Part shown: positions 40,005-49,836 of the stretch, piece after piece | How positions within the stretch are numbered: position 1 is the first letter of the stretch | How the letters are laid out: each line of letters opens with the position of its first letter | Source: Spirochaetia bacterium | GTDB taxonomy: Bacteria; Spirochaetota; Spirochaetia; DSM-2461 | Direction: 5' to 3' | NCBI GenBank assembly: GCA_963668315.1 | Contig: OY764216.1 | Span: 2,528,001 to 2,592,000, forward strand | Length of the DNA stretch: 64,000 nt | The notes under the pieces: generated by a model | The model's input: the letters and a program-made list of their open reading frames with translations, nothing else | What the model was told of the DNA's origin: nothing | Database searches by the model: none | Made by a program: the position numbers and the translations under genes

Positions 40005-41167
40005 CCGTGACGGGACTGCCCGAAGAACTCCTCAATCCCGAAGAACTTTACGCCTTCCCCGGGGAAAGCGCTCTCCTTTCCATGCACCTCCAGTGGTTCG
40101 CCGCCGAGGATGAGGGACGGACGGAGGACCCGACCGAAAGGAAAATGAAAAAAGCCTGGGAGGACGAAGGGAAAGTCGCCAAATCCTCCGAACTGGTTCA
40201 GGCACTGGTCCTGCTGTTTTCCTTTGCCGGGATCGCCCTTCTGGGGCGCTATATGATCTATCAGGTTATGGAGATGATGCGTTTCTTCTTCAATCAGTCC
40301 TGCACCATAGATGTGACATCCACCCGTATCGTCGGCTCCGCTTTCTACAGTTACTACTTCAAGCTGGTGGGACCTATTTTTCTCATTGCCGTGGCCGCCG
40401 CTGTTCTGGGGAATATCGTCCAGGTGGGCTTCCGGTTTACTTCAAAGGTCCTTACTCCCAATTTCAGCCGGATCGCTCCCAATTTCAAGAACTGGATCAA
40501 TAAAACGATATTCTCCGCCGAAGGGGCGTTCAATTTTTTCAAGACAATATTCAAGGTTATCGTGATCGGGGTTATCGCCTATTTGAATATAAGAAATCAG
40601 ATTCCCCGTTTGGCCAATACCATCAATATGCCCCTGTCCAATGCGGTCACCGTCGCCCTGGGGGCGGGATTCCGCATCCTCATGGAAGCCACTCTCTTCT
40701 TTCTGGTCCTGGCCATACCGGATATGCTGTACCAGCAGTGGCAGCACAGGGAATCGCTCAAAATGACCAAGCACGAAGTGAAGGAAGAGTATAAGGAGAT
40801 GGAGGGAGACCCCCATGTCAAAGCCAAGCTGCGTCAGAGGATGCAGGAAATCCGCCGTGCCAGTATGATGCAGAACGTCCCCAATGCCAATGTGGTCATA
40901 ACCAACCCGACCCATTTCGCCGTCGCCCTGGAGTACAAGCAGGAGACGATGATCGCTCCCGTCGTTATTGCCAAGGGACAGGACAATATGGCTCAGAGAA
41001 TTAAGGAGATAGCCCGGGAGAATCACGTACCCATTGTGGAAAACAAGCCGCTGGCCCGGGCGCTCTTCGCCAGCGTGGAGATAGGCGATCCCGTACCGGA
41101 AGAGTACTGGCGCCTGGTCGCTGACATCCTCAGCACTCTTATGGAGGTGGAACGCCGTGCCCGATAA
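40001..41167 (+). CDS. flhB: Flagellar export switch protein FlhB
   Basis: RTEDPT, KMTKHEVKEE.KE.EGDP, NPTH autocleavage site; strong RBS GGAGGTG before GTG. Confidence 0.97.
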   Translation: MTVTGLPEELLNPEELYAFPGESALLSMHLQWFAAEDEGRTEDPTERKMKKAWEDEGKVAKSSELVQALVLLFSFAGIALLGRYMIYQVMEMMRFFFNQSCTIDVTSTRIVGSAFYSYYFKLVGPIFLIAVAAAVLGNIVQVGFRFTSKVLTPNFSRIAPNFKNWINKTIFSAEGAFNFFKTIFKVIVIGVIAYLNIRNQIPRLANTINMPLSNAVTVALGAGFRILMEATLFFLVLAIPDMLYQQWQHRESLKMTKHEVKEEYKEMEGDPHVKAKLRQRMQEIRRASMMQNVPNANVVITNPTHFAVALEYKQETMIAPVVIAKGQDNMAQRIKEIARENHVPIVENKPLARALFASVEIGDPVPEEYWRLVADILSTLMEVERRAR

Positions 41168-41223
41168 GAGTTTATTTCCATGGCGGACGGGCCTGAAACA
41201 CCGGGCCCATAAAGGAGGTCTCA

Positions 41224-43335
41224 ATGGCTGATGTACCCCGATCCGGAAACAGAACTACTCTTCTCCAGCGTATAGCGGGGGGGAATAACGCCGATGTTCT
41301 TCTGGCGGCCGCCGTATTGATGGTCGTCTTTATGATGATCATCCCCATGCCGGCCGTGCTGCTGGACCTGTTCATGATCGTCAATATCATGCTCAGCATT
41401 ACGATCATGCTCATTGTCCTCTACAACAGGAATCCCCTGGAGTTCTCCATTTTCCCGACCATGCTCCTGGTGTCCACCATTTTCGGGCTGGCCCTGAACG
41501 TCTCCTCAACCAGGCTGATTCTCTCTAAGGGACCCCTCTTCAACGGAAATGTGGTCAAGGCTTTCGCCACCTTTGTGACGGGAGCGACCGGTACGGACGG
41601 AATCATCATCGGAGCCATCATTTTCATCATCATCATCGCCGTGCAGATGATGGTTATCACCAAAGGCTCCTCCCGTGTCGCCGAAGTGGCCGCCCGGTTC
41701 AACCTGGATGCCCTTCCCAACAAACATATGGCCATAGACCAGGAGTTTTCCTCCGGCGTCATATCCGAGGATGAGTACCGCCAGAGAAAATCCGACCTTC
41801 AGAGGACCAGTGACTTCTACGGAGCCATGGACGGTGCCACGAAGTTTGTTTCCGGTACGGTCAAGGTGGGGATAGTCATTACCCTTATTAACGTCATAGG
41901 GGGGCTGGTCATCGGTGTGGCCCGGAGGGGCGAATCCTTCGGTTCCGCCATGTCCATCTATACCTCTCTGACCATAGGTGACGGTCTGGTCTCCCAGCTT
42001 CCCTCCCTCATCATCTCCATGGCCACCGGTCTTATCGTGACCCGGTCAGTCTCTGACGACAGCTTCGGTTCGGATGTCAAGAACCAGTTCAGCCGGGACA
42101 GCCGGGTCTACTGGATCGCCGCCGCCTTCATGTTCATCCTCGGTGTACTCCCCGGTTTTCCCGGTTACCTGCTTCTTCCCCTCTCCGGCGCCGTGGGCTT
42201 TCTCGCCTACCGCTCCGGCCATATCAAGGAGGAGAAGGCCCGGGAGGAGGTCCAGAAGAAAGCGGCCGCCGCCAAAGCTCCCAGCTCGTCATCGGAACCG
42301 CAGCCAATCGTTCCCCTTGACGCCCTGTCTCTGGAACTGGGTTACGGCCTCATCCCCCTGGTCAACCAGGAGCAGGGAGCCGAACTGCTGGAAAGGGTCA
42401 AGCAGATCCGCAAGGAAGCGGCCATCGATATGGGGCTTGTGGTGCCTCCGATCCGTATCGTGGACAACATGCGTCTCGAACCGTCGGAATACTGCTTCAA
42501 GATAAAAGGGGTCGAAGTCGGCCGCGGCTCCATCCGCATGGGGTATTACCTGGCCATCAATCCGGGAAATGCCCGGGGCGATCTGGTGGGGGAGAAGACC
42601 ACCGATCCCACCTATCATCTGCCCGCCCTGTGGATTTCCGGCGATCAGAGGGAAAAGGCCGAAAGGGGAGGATATACCGTGGTGGATCCGCCCTCCATTA
42701 TCGCCACCCATCTGACGGAAGTCCTGAAGATTCACTCCGCCGATATCCTGGGACGGCAGGAGATCAAGAGCATGCTCGACACCCTGGCCGAAACTTATCC
42801 GGCAGTGGTGGACGAGGCGAACAAGCTCTTCAATACCGGAGAAATCCAGAAAGTCCTTCAGGGGCTTCTGCGTGAACAGGTCTCCATCCGGAACCTCGTC
42901 TCCATTCTTGAAACCCTGTGCGACTGGGGCGGACAGACGAAGGATACGGGCTATCTTATCGAAAAGGTGCGCCAGGCTCTGGGCCGGCAGATCTGTCTCT
43001 CCTACTGCGGCGCCGACAAGGTCCTCCGCTTCCTGGTTCTCGACCCCGCCCTGGAGCAGCAGTTCATCGAGGCCCGCATCGATGGAATGAATCAGGCCGG
43101 ACTGCATCCCGATTTCGAACGGCAGTGGATCAATGCTTTTGCCAATAAGATACGTGAGGAGCAGGAAAAAGGCATATATCCGGTCATTATGACTAGCGAA
43201 GCTGCCCGTCCTCTGGTAAGATCAACCACGGAAGGCGCCTTCCCGTCCATCCCCGTTCTCTCCTCTCTGGAGCTGGTAAGGGACATTAAAAGCGAAAATT
43301 TAGGGACTATAACCCTGGAAAGAGGTAATTCGTGA
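41224..43335 (+). CDS. flhA: Flagellar export protein FlhA
   Basis: FSIFPTMLL, RVAEVAARF.LDA, FYGAMDGA.KFV, TIGDGLVSQ. Confidence 0.97.
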   Translation: MADVPRSGNRTTLLQRIAGGNNADVLLAAAVLMVVFMMIIPMPAVLLDLFMIVNIMLSITIMLIVLYNRNPLEFSIFPTMLLVSTIFGLALNVSSTRLILSKGPLFNGNVVKAFATFVTGATGTDGIIIGAIIFIIIIAVQMMVITKGSSRVAEVAARFNLDALPNKHMAIDQEFSSGVISEDEYRQRKSDLQRTSDFYGAMDGATKFVSGTVKVGIVITLINVIGGLVIGVARRGESFGSAMSIYTSLTIGDGLVSQLPSLIISMATGLIVTRSVSDDSFGSDVKNQFSRDSRVYWIAAAFMFILGVLPGFPGYLLLPLSGAVGFLAYRSGHIKEEKAREEVQKKAAAAKAPSSSSEPQPIVPLDALSLELGYGLIPLVNQEQGAELLERVKQIRKEAAIDMGLVVPPIRIVDNMRLEPSEYCFKIKGVEVGRGSIRMGYYLAINPGNARGDLVGEKTTDPTYHLPALWISGDQREKAERGGYTVVDPPSIIATHLTEVLKIHSADILGRQEIKSMLDTLAETYPAVVDEANKLFNTGEIQKVLQGLLREQVSIRNLVSILETLCDWGGQTKDTGYLIEKVRQALGRQICLSYCGADKVLRFLVLDPALEQQFIEARIDGMNQAGLHPDFERQWINAFANKIREEQEKGIYPVIMTSEAARPLVRSTTEGAFPSIPVLSSLELVRDIKSENLGTITLERGNS

Positions 43336-44534
43336 CATCCCCCAACTATTTTGTCGTCAGCGGCAAGGATTATGAAGACGTCCGTCGGAAACTGTTCAAT
43401 GATTACGGCGACAGAGCCCGAATTCTCACGAGGAAGGAGGTGCCTGCCAGCGGTCTCCTCGGCCTGTTCGGACAGCGTCGGCTGGAGTGTACCTGCTATC
43501 TGTCCAGCGGGCTGACTTCCCTGGAGAAGGAACAGCAGAAAAAGAACGACAAGCAGTCAAAGAAAGAGATCCTCTCCATGGTCGGCTACCAGGACGAACA
43601 GTTTCAGCAGCTGGCCCAGGATATCAAAATGATCAAGGAGAGCGTATCCGCCGGCATACCCGCCGAGGAGAAGCATCCCTCTCTGAAAAAGATAGAGGAC
43701 ATTCTCGAAGATAATGATTTCTCCCCGTCCTTTGTGAAAGCGGTTCTCGAAACGTTGAGACGGGAATTCGCCCTGGACGATCTGGATAATTTCGCCCTTG
43801 TCCAGCAGAGCGTGGCCGAGCTTATCGCCCGGTCCATCAATATCTATGAACCCTCCGGTCCCCGTTTTCCCCTGATCCAGATTCTTGTGGGCCCCACGGG
43901 AGTGGGAAAGACAACCACTGTGGCCAAACTGGCCGCCCTTCAGGGGCTTTCCCCCAATAAGGCGGTGGAGAGACGGATACGGATTGTTACCATCGACTCC
44001 TACCGTATCGGCGCGCGGGCTCAGATTGAGATCTACGGCGATATCATGAACATACCCGTGGAACTGGCCGATAACTACGAAGACCTCAGGTCCTACATCG
44101 AGAAAAACCGCGATGTGGATTTTATTCTGGTCGACACCATTGGCAAGGGGCCGGGGGATTATCAGAAACTGGCGGAGATGAGAAAGACTCTGGAAGGGGC
44201 CGGCACGGGTAGTGAGATTCACCTGGCCATCAGCGCCACCACAAAGACGGCGGACATCAGGGAGATACTCAAGCAGTTCGAGTTTTTCAATTACGAAGCG
44301 GTTGTCATCACCAAGCTGGATGAAACAACCCGTGTGGGAAATCTTATTTCCGTACTGGCCGACAGGGGGATACCCCTTTTCTGCGTTACCACGGGGCAGA
44401 GCGTTCCCAGCGACATTGAACGGGACAATATTGTGGGCTATCTTATGGATAAGCTCAGAAACCTGGACTTTGATATGGACAGGATAAATACAATACTAGC
44501 GAGACAGGCCTCCAGGCCGGCAAGGCGGAATTAA
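43332..44534 (+). CDS. flhF: Flagellar SRP-type GTPase FlhF
   Basis: [38 protein letters not shown]. Confidence 0.95.
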   Translation: MTSPNYFVVSGKDYEDVRRKLFNDYGDRARILTRKEVPASGLLGLFGQRRLECTCYLSSGLTSLEKEQQKKNDKQSKKEILSMVGYQDEQFQQLAQDIKMIKESVSAGIPAEEKHPSLKKIEDILEDNDFSPSFVKAVLETLRREFALDDLDNFALVQQSVAELIARSINIYEPSGPRFPLIQILVGPTGVGKTTTVAKLAALQGLSPNKAVERRIRIVTIDSYRIGARAQIEIYGDIMNIPVELADNYEDLRSYIEKNRDVDFILVDTIGKGPGDYQKLAEMRKTLEGAGTGSEIHLAISATTKTADIREILKQFEFFNYEAVVITKLDETTRVGNLISVLADRGIPLFCVTTGQSVPSDIERDNIVGYLMDKLRNLDFDMDRINTILARQASRPARRN

Positions 44535-44536
44535 TT

Positions 44537-45439
44537 ATGGAAGATCAGGCAGAGAAGTTAAGAGAGTTCATGAAGCAGCAGTCCGGACCCTCGGAAAGCG
44601 GCGGCGAGGCAAAGGCCGCCGATCAGAACGGGACGGGCAAGACGAAGATCATTGCCGTGGCAAGCGGAAAGGGAGGGGTCGGCAAGACAAATATCTCCAT
44701 CAACCTGGCCATCGCCTACGCCCGGATGGGCAAGAAAGTCATCGTGCTGGACGCCGATCTCGGCCTGGCCAACGTTAACGTCATTCTGGGTGTTATCCCC
44801 AAATATAATCTTTATCATGTCATCCGCAAGCAGAAGAATATGAGGGATATTATTCTCGATACGGATTACGGTATTCAGATCGTCGCCGGTGCTTCGGGAT
44901 TCTCCCGTATCGCCAATCTCACCGAGGCGGAAAGGAAGGATTTCATCGCGGAGATGAAAGCCCTGGGCCATGCGGATATCATTATTATCGATACCAGTGC
45001 CGGGGTGGGGCAGAACGTTCTGGATTTTGTGGAAGCCGCCGATGAGGCCATTATCGTGACCACACCCGAACCGACGGCCATTACCGACGCCTACGGAATC
45101 ATAAAGATCATTTCCACAGAAATAGAGGACTTTGACATGGGGCTCAAGCTCATCGTCAACAGGGTCGGCAGTGTGGTGGAAGCGAAGAAAGTGTCCCAGA
45201 GAGTCATAAACATCACCAGTCAGTTTCTCAATATCAAAGTGGATTACCTGGGTTTTGTCTTCGATGATCCCGGTGTTTCCCTGGCTGTTAAGAAGCAGCA
45301 GCCCTTTTCCATCGCCGATCCCAAGGGGAAGGCCGCTTCCTGTATACAGACGATGGTCAACAGGCTGGAAAAGGTGGATCCCCGGGAAGGCGGGGGTATG
45401 GGACGTTTTGTCCGAAAGCTGTTCGGCGGAGGAGAATAG
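44537..45439 (+). CDS. flhG: MinD-like flagellar site-determining ATPase FlhG (YlxH/FleN)
   Basis: SGKGGVGKT, DADLGLAN, TTPEPTAITDAY, C-terminal amphipathic FVRKLF. Confidence 0.95.
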   Translation: MEDQAEKLREFMKQQSGPSESGGEAKAADQNGTGKTKIIAVASGKGGVGKTNISINLAIAYARMGKKVIVLDADLGLANVNVILGVIPKYNLYHVIRKQKNMRDIILDTDYGIQIVAGASGFSRIANLTEAERKDFIAEMKALGHADIIIIDTSAGVGQNVLDFVEAADEAIIVTTPEPTAITDAYGIIKIISTEIEDFDMGLKLIVNRVGSVVEAKKVSQRVINITSQFLNIKVDYLGFVFDDPGVSLAVKKQQPFSIADPKGKAASCIQTMVNRLEKVDPREGGGMGRFVRKLFGGGE

Positions 45440-45455
45440 GCCCGATTCCGGGAGC

Positions 45456-45484
45456 TTGACGGTAGACGCTTTTTAGAATAATCT
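45456..45484 (+). promoter_or_regulatory. Putative internal sigma70 promoter for flgV-like/fliA/fapA
   Basis: TTGACG (45456-61), 17 nt, TAATCT (45479-84). Confidence 0.5.
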
Positions 45485-45496
45485 AAGAGTGGGGAG

Positions 45497-46186
45497 ATGA
45501 TGCGTTTGTACGATAGAGTGAACATTAGATCCGTTATTATTGTCACTTCCCTGGCCGCCGTTATTTCGGTGGCTGCCGGGGGTATCGGCGGAGTACCCAT
45601 GGGAACTCTGCTGATAAGGGCTCTGCTCTTTTCCCTGCTGTTCGCTCTGGGTACGGTTCTCGTCAATATTATTGTCGATACCTATTTACCCGAATTGAAG
45701 TTAAGTTCTGCTGGCCCCGACGAAACCGAAGGGGAGAACGAGGAGAACCGCGGACAGAATGTAAATATTGTCATGGATGACGGGGAAGAAGGATCTCCCG
45801 TCTCCTATGGCCAGGAGCAGGTTGACGGAGAAGAGGACGATTCGCTCGGTGACGGCGAAGGATATCCCTCCCGTGAAAGCGTACCGGTTTCGGAGCCGGC
45901 GGCCGGGAGCAGTGCCTTCGCTCAGGATAGGGAAAAGGGCGGAAGCAAGGCCCTTCCCGATATCGGGGTTTTCTCCTCCCTCGGCGATGATGAGGACGAA
46001 CCGGAAGACCTGGATGATGGTGAGAGCGCTACCACCAGTAATATATCGTCGGGGTCCGGAAGTTCCCGATATTCTGCCATGCAGACGAATGATGAGGAAA
46101 AAATCGAGTATTTTCAAAATAATACCACCGCCGAAGAGTTGGCTAAAGGTGTAAGGACAATGCTAAAGAGTGATGAAAAGGGGTAG
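45497..46186 (+). CDS. FlgV-like membrane protein (two N-terminal TM, acidic disordered linker, conserved C-terminal helix)
   Basis: TM pair followed by LPEL; C-terminal [10 protein letters not shown]; position between flhG and fliA. Confidence 0.7.
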   Translation: MMRLYDRVNIRSVIIVTSLAAVISVAAGGIGGVPMGTLLIRALLFSLLFALGTVLVNIIVDTYLPELKLSSAGPDETEGENEENRGQNVNIVMDDGEEGSPVSYGQEQVDGEEDDSLGDGEGYPSRESVPVSEPAAGSSAFAQDREKGGSKALPDIGVFSSLGDDEDEPEDLDDGESATTSNISSGSGSSRYSAMQTNDEEKIEYFQNNTTAEELAKGVRTMLKSDEKG

Positions 46187-46194
46187 AATCACCG

Positions 46195-46983
46195 ATGGAT
46201 GAAAACATTATTAATGGTAAAGCGGAAAGTGAGCTCTGGTTGGAATATCGCAAGTCCAGGGATCTCTCTATACGTGACGCCATAATCACGCAATATGCGC
46301 CCCTTGTCAAATATGTGGCCGGAAAAGTGTCCGTCGGGATGCCCGCGAGTGTTGACTTTGACGATCTGGTAGGTTTCGGTGTTTTCGGACTAATGGACGC
46401 CATTGAGAAATTCGATCCCGAAAAGCACGTGAAATTCAAGACCTATGCCGTAACGAGAATCAGGGGCGCCATTTTTGACGAACTCCGTTCCATAGACTGG
46501 GTCCCCCGGTCCGTCCGGCAGAAGACCAGAGAGGTCGACGAAGCGGTCCAGAGGCTGGAATCCACCCTCGGCCGGGCGGCGACCGATGAGGAAATCGCCA
46601 GGGAGATGGATATGGAGCTGGACCAGTACAACCAGGTCCTGCTTAAGATATCCGGAACTTCCATGCTTTCCCTGAACGATGTCTGGTTTGCCGGAGATGA
46701 CAACGATAAGATCTCCATCGCCGACAGTATCGAGTCTCCTTCAAGTCTGAGACCCGATTCCATCGCGGAAAGAGAAGAGATCAAGCGTGTTATTGTCGAG
46801 GCCATAAACGAATTGCCCGAGAAGGAGAAAAAGGTTCTCGTCCTCTACTATTATGAGGACCTCACCCTGAAGGAGATAGGGCAGGTTCTGGAAGTGACCG
46901 AGTCCCGTATTTCCCAGCTGCATACAAAGGCTATTTCCCGGCTCAGGGCAAAGCTGACAAATCTCAAGAAAGGGATTTTCTGA
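46195..46983 (+). CDS. fliA: RNA polymerase sigma factor FliA/WhiG (sigma28)
   Basis: [52 protein letters not shown]. Confidence 0.96.
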   Translation: MDENIINGKAESELWLEYRKSRDLSIRDAIITQYAPLVKYVAGKVSVGMPASVDFDDLVGFGVFGLMDAIEKFDPEKHVKFKTYAVTRIRGAIFDELRSIDWVPRSVRQKTREVDEAVQRLESTLGRAATDEEIAREMDMELDQYNQVLLKISGTSMLSLNDVWFAGDDNDKISIADSIESPSSLRPDSIAEREEIKRVIVEAINELPEKEKKVLVLYYYEDLTLKEIGQVLEVTESRISQLHTKAISRLRAKLTNLKKGIF

Positions 46984-46985
46984 TC

Positions 46986-48941
46986 ATGGTAAACCTGGAA
47001 AAATTCCGAGACCGGATGTCTCTTCTCAGCGAAGAGGACAGGGAGCGGAACAGCATTCAGGTCTCCGGTGATACCCTTGAAGACGCCTTGAAACAGGCCG
47101 GTCTGGAACTGGATGTCAATCCCCGTTTCCTCGATTACGAAATCCTCGATAAGGGCAAGCGCTCCCTCCTGGGGAAAAATAAGAAGTGTCTTATCATCGC
47201 CTATGTCAGGGATAAGGTTGTCGATGACGACGGACTGCTCCAGGTTGTCAGCAAGAGACGCTCTTCCGCAGAGGTCAGGGAAGTCCTGACGCCGGTGAAT
47301 GGCAGCTTTTCCCTTCGTCTGGCCAGGGACGGGGTCTACCTGAGCGTGACTGCACCCCGGAATGGAGGCGAGCCGGTTACCAGGGAAGAGATTCTGGAAC
47401 GGATCGCCGAGAGAGAGGTCAGGGTAACCCATGAGGACCTCCTGGATGAGGCTCTGGAAAGGGGCGATGATGTTTATGTCCGCATCGGTGAATACGATTA
47501 CAATCCCATAAACGATACGATGCTCACCATTTCCATCGAGGAAGAGGATATGAAGGTCTACATAACCGCCGTTCCCCCGGGAAGGGGAGGGAGCGATTAC
47601 GGGGCCGATGATCTTACCGTCTTTTTTCAGAACAACGGTGTGGTTCACGGAATCATGGAGGATGCGGTAAGGGAATTTGAAAAGCATCCTGTTTATAGTC
47701 AGCCGATTCTCATGGCTCAGGGAACGCCTCCCGTTAACGGGAAGGATGCCAAGATCATATACAATTTTGAAGTGGATCCCACCCAGGTCAAGCTTAAGGA
47801 GAGAGTTGACGGTTCCATCAACTTCAAAGAGCTTAACCTCATACAGAATGTGGTGGAAGGCCAGCCTCTGGCCAGGAAGATTCCTCCCGAAGCGGGCAAG
47901 GACGGACGTACGGTCAAGGGGAAAATCCTTCCCGCCCGGGACGGCAGGGACAGGGAAATCGGCCTTGGCAAGAACGTATCCATCATAGATAACGGCCGTA
48001 CCGTCATTGCCGCGGCCAGCGGACAGGTCATGCTTATCAGGGATAAGATTATCGTGGAAACGGTCATGGTCATTCCCGGTGATGTCAATATGCAGACCGG
48101 TAACGTCAACGCCCTGGGAGCCGTTATCGTCAAGGGGAACGTGGAGGACGGTTACGCCGTTACGGCCCAGGGTAATATTGAAGTTCTGGGTATCGTGGGT
48201 AAAGCCAATCTCACCTCCGGCGCGGATATCGTTGTGAAGAAGGGCATCAACGGAAGCGACGATGAAGAGCTGGGTTCCATAAAGGCGGGGAAATCGGTCT
48301 GGGCCAGTTTTATTCAGAATGCCCGCGTTGAAGCGGGTGAGCTTATCGTGGTGAGTGACGGAATCGTTAACAGCCACATCACCTGTCTCCATAAGATCCT
48401 CTGCCAGGGAAAGAGAGCCCAGATTGTGGGCGGCGTCATCCGGGCCTGTGAGGAGATCAACGCCTCTATTCTCGGCTCCCAGGGGGGAACCGAAACCATC
48501 CTCGAAGTGGGGTATGATCCCCGGTCCAAGGAAGAGCTTGAAACCATGCTCAAGAACAGAACCGCCTACGAGAATGAACTGACCGAAGTGGACAGGAATA
48601 TCCAGGGTCTGATCAGGCAGAAGAAGATACAGAGAAAGAAGCTTTCCGCCGATAAGGAAAAGATGCTCATAGAGCTTAAGGACAGACATAACGACAGGGT
48701 CGCCCGCATAAAGGAGCTGGAAGAAGCTATCGCCAAGCGTGAGGAGTACCTGAACAGTCTGAAGAATGTGGGAAGAATTTCGGCCGGAAAATCGGTCCTT
48801 CCCGGTGTTAAAATTCGCATAAGGGACGCTGCCTACGATGTTACCAGACCTTTTGACCAGCCCGTAACGTTCCTCCAGGAAGATGGAGTAGTCAGAACCG
48901 CCGATTATGAAGAGATATCGGAGGAGCTGAGCAGGAGGTAG
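46986..48941 (+). CDS. FapA (DUF342) flagellar-associated protein with N-terminal Jag_N-like domain
   Basis: N-terminal SGDTLEDALKQA..EL..LDYEILDKG; GTPPVNGKDA, GSINFKEL, beta-helical G-rich repeats, coiled coil. Confidence 0.85.
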   Translation: MVNLEKFRDRMSLLSEEDRERNSIQVSGDTLEDALKQAGLELDVNPRFLDYEILDKGKRSLLGKNKKCLIIAYVRDKVVDDDGLLQVVSKRRSSAEVREVLTPVNGSFSLRLARDGVYLSVTAPRNGGEPVTREEILERIAEREVRVTHEDLLDEALERGDDVYVRIGEYDYNPINDTMLTISIEEEDMKVYITAVPPGRGGSDYGADDLTVFFQNNGVVHGIMEDAVREFEKHPVYSQPILMAQGTPPVNGKDAKIIYNFEVDPTQVKLKERVDGSINFKELNLIQNVVEGQPLARKIPPEAGKDGRTVKGKILPARDGRDREIGLGKNVSIIDNGRTVIAAASGQVMLIRDKIIVETVMVIPGDVNMQTGNVNALGAVIVKGNVEDGYAVTAQGNIEVLGIVGKANLTSGADIVVKKGINGSDDEELGSIKAGKSVWASFIQNARVEAGELIVVSDGIVNSHITCLHKILCQGKRAQIVGGVIRACEEINASILGSQGGTETILEVGYDPRSKEELETMLKNRTAYENELTEVDRNIQGLIRQKKIQRKKLSADKEKMLIELKDRHNDRVARIKELEEAIAKREEYLNSLKNVGRISAGKSVLPGVKIRIRDAAYDVTRPFDQPVTFLQEDGVVRTADYEEISEELSRR

Positions 48942-48944
48942 GTC

Positions 48945-49283
48945 ATGGCCCTGACGCCGCTGGATTTACAGACTCTGTTCATAAAGATGAATGAAGTGAA
49001 CAGGGAACAGGCTCATATCAAGGGAGCTGAGGCACAGGAACAGTCCCTGGAAGCCAAGAAGCTTGTGGATCAGGAAATTCAAAAGGACAGCTCCGTCAAT
49101 CCCAGTGCCGAACAGGAGGAGATGGACAACCGGATCAAGGATAAGCAGGAGAAGGCCGGCGGAAATGAGCAGGAAGGCCATGAAAAGAAGAAAAAAAACG
49201 ATAAGGAAGAGAAGGACGAGAAGGATAACCGTGAATATATCAGGGATCCGAATCTCGGACAGCATATAGATCTGATCGGCTAG
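48945..49283 (+). CDS. Conserved hypothetical protein at the distal end of the flagellar operon
   Basis: N-terminal PLDLQTLF, charged body, C-terminal DPNLGQHIDL; RBS GGAGG. Confidence 0.7.
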   Translation: MALTPLDLQTLFIKMNEVNREQAHIKGAEAQEQSLEAKKLVDQEIQKDSSVNPSAEQEEMDNRIKDKQEKAGGNEQEGHEKKKKNDKEEKDEKDNREYIRDPNLGQHIDLIG

Positions 49284-49315
49284 GGGAACGCCGATGAGAG
49301 AGACAGGGAGGGAAA

Positions 49316-49834
49316 ATGGGACAACTCACAATCATACTCGTTTTACTGGCCGTTCAGGTTCTGATGTTTCTCTATTTCCGTCTGCAGATACGGAAAGAGC
49401 TTTCCCGGGAGAACCGGATTGAAAATGTTCGCCGTGAGATTGAACAGCTGATCATCGAACTGGACAGCACGACGGATAGGAACGTCGCCATTCTGGAAGA
49501 CAGGATCGAACTCCTCAAGGAGAAGGTCAAGGAGGGCGAGCGCATTATCCGCCTCATAGAAACGGAGGGGGAGAAAAGGGAGCGGATCGTCCCTCTTTAT
49601 ACGGAGCTCCGGGATAAACAGATGCCCCCCGAGACGGAAAGGGAAGTCCTGCCTGCCCAGGATATTATCAGCGTCACGCCCGCGGTGAATGATCTTGAAA
49701 TCGAAGTCATTGACGGAAGGGAAAGGGCGCTGGAACTTTACAGGCAGGGTATGGATGCCTCGATGATCGCCTCTGCAACCGGTCTGCCCCGCGGAGAGGT
49801 GGATCTTATTATCTCATTGAATCAGAAAGGTTAG
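49316..49834 (+). CDS. Hypothetical membrane-anchored coiled-coil protein with C-terminal HTH-like tail
   Basis: N-terminal TM, coiled coil, LYRQGMDASMIASATGLPRGEVDLII. Confidence 0.72.
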   Translation: MGQLTIILVLLAVQVLMFLYFRLQIRKELSRENRIENVRREIEQLIIELDSTTDRNVAILEDRIELLKEKVKEGERIIRLIETEGEKRERIVPLYTELRDKQMPPETEREVLPAQDIISVTPAVNDLEIEVIDGRERALELYRQGMDASMIASATGLPRGEVDLIISLNQKG

Positions 49835-49836
49835 CC

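Noticed and set aside
49271..49297. GCCGATGA sigma28-like -10 before the 172-aa gene
   Set aside because: No TAAA-like -35 at 15-16 nt spacing
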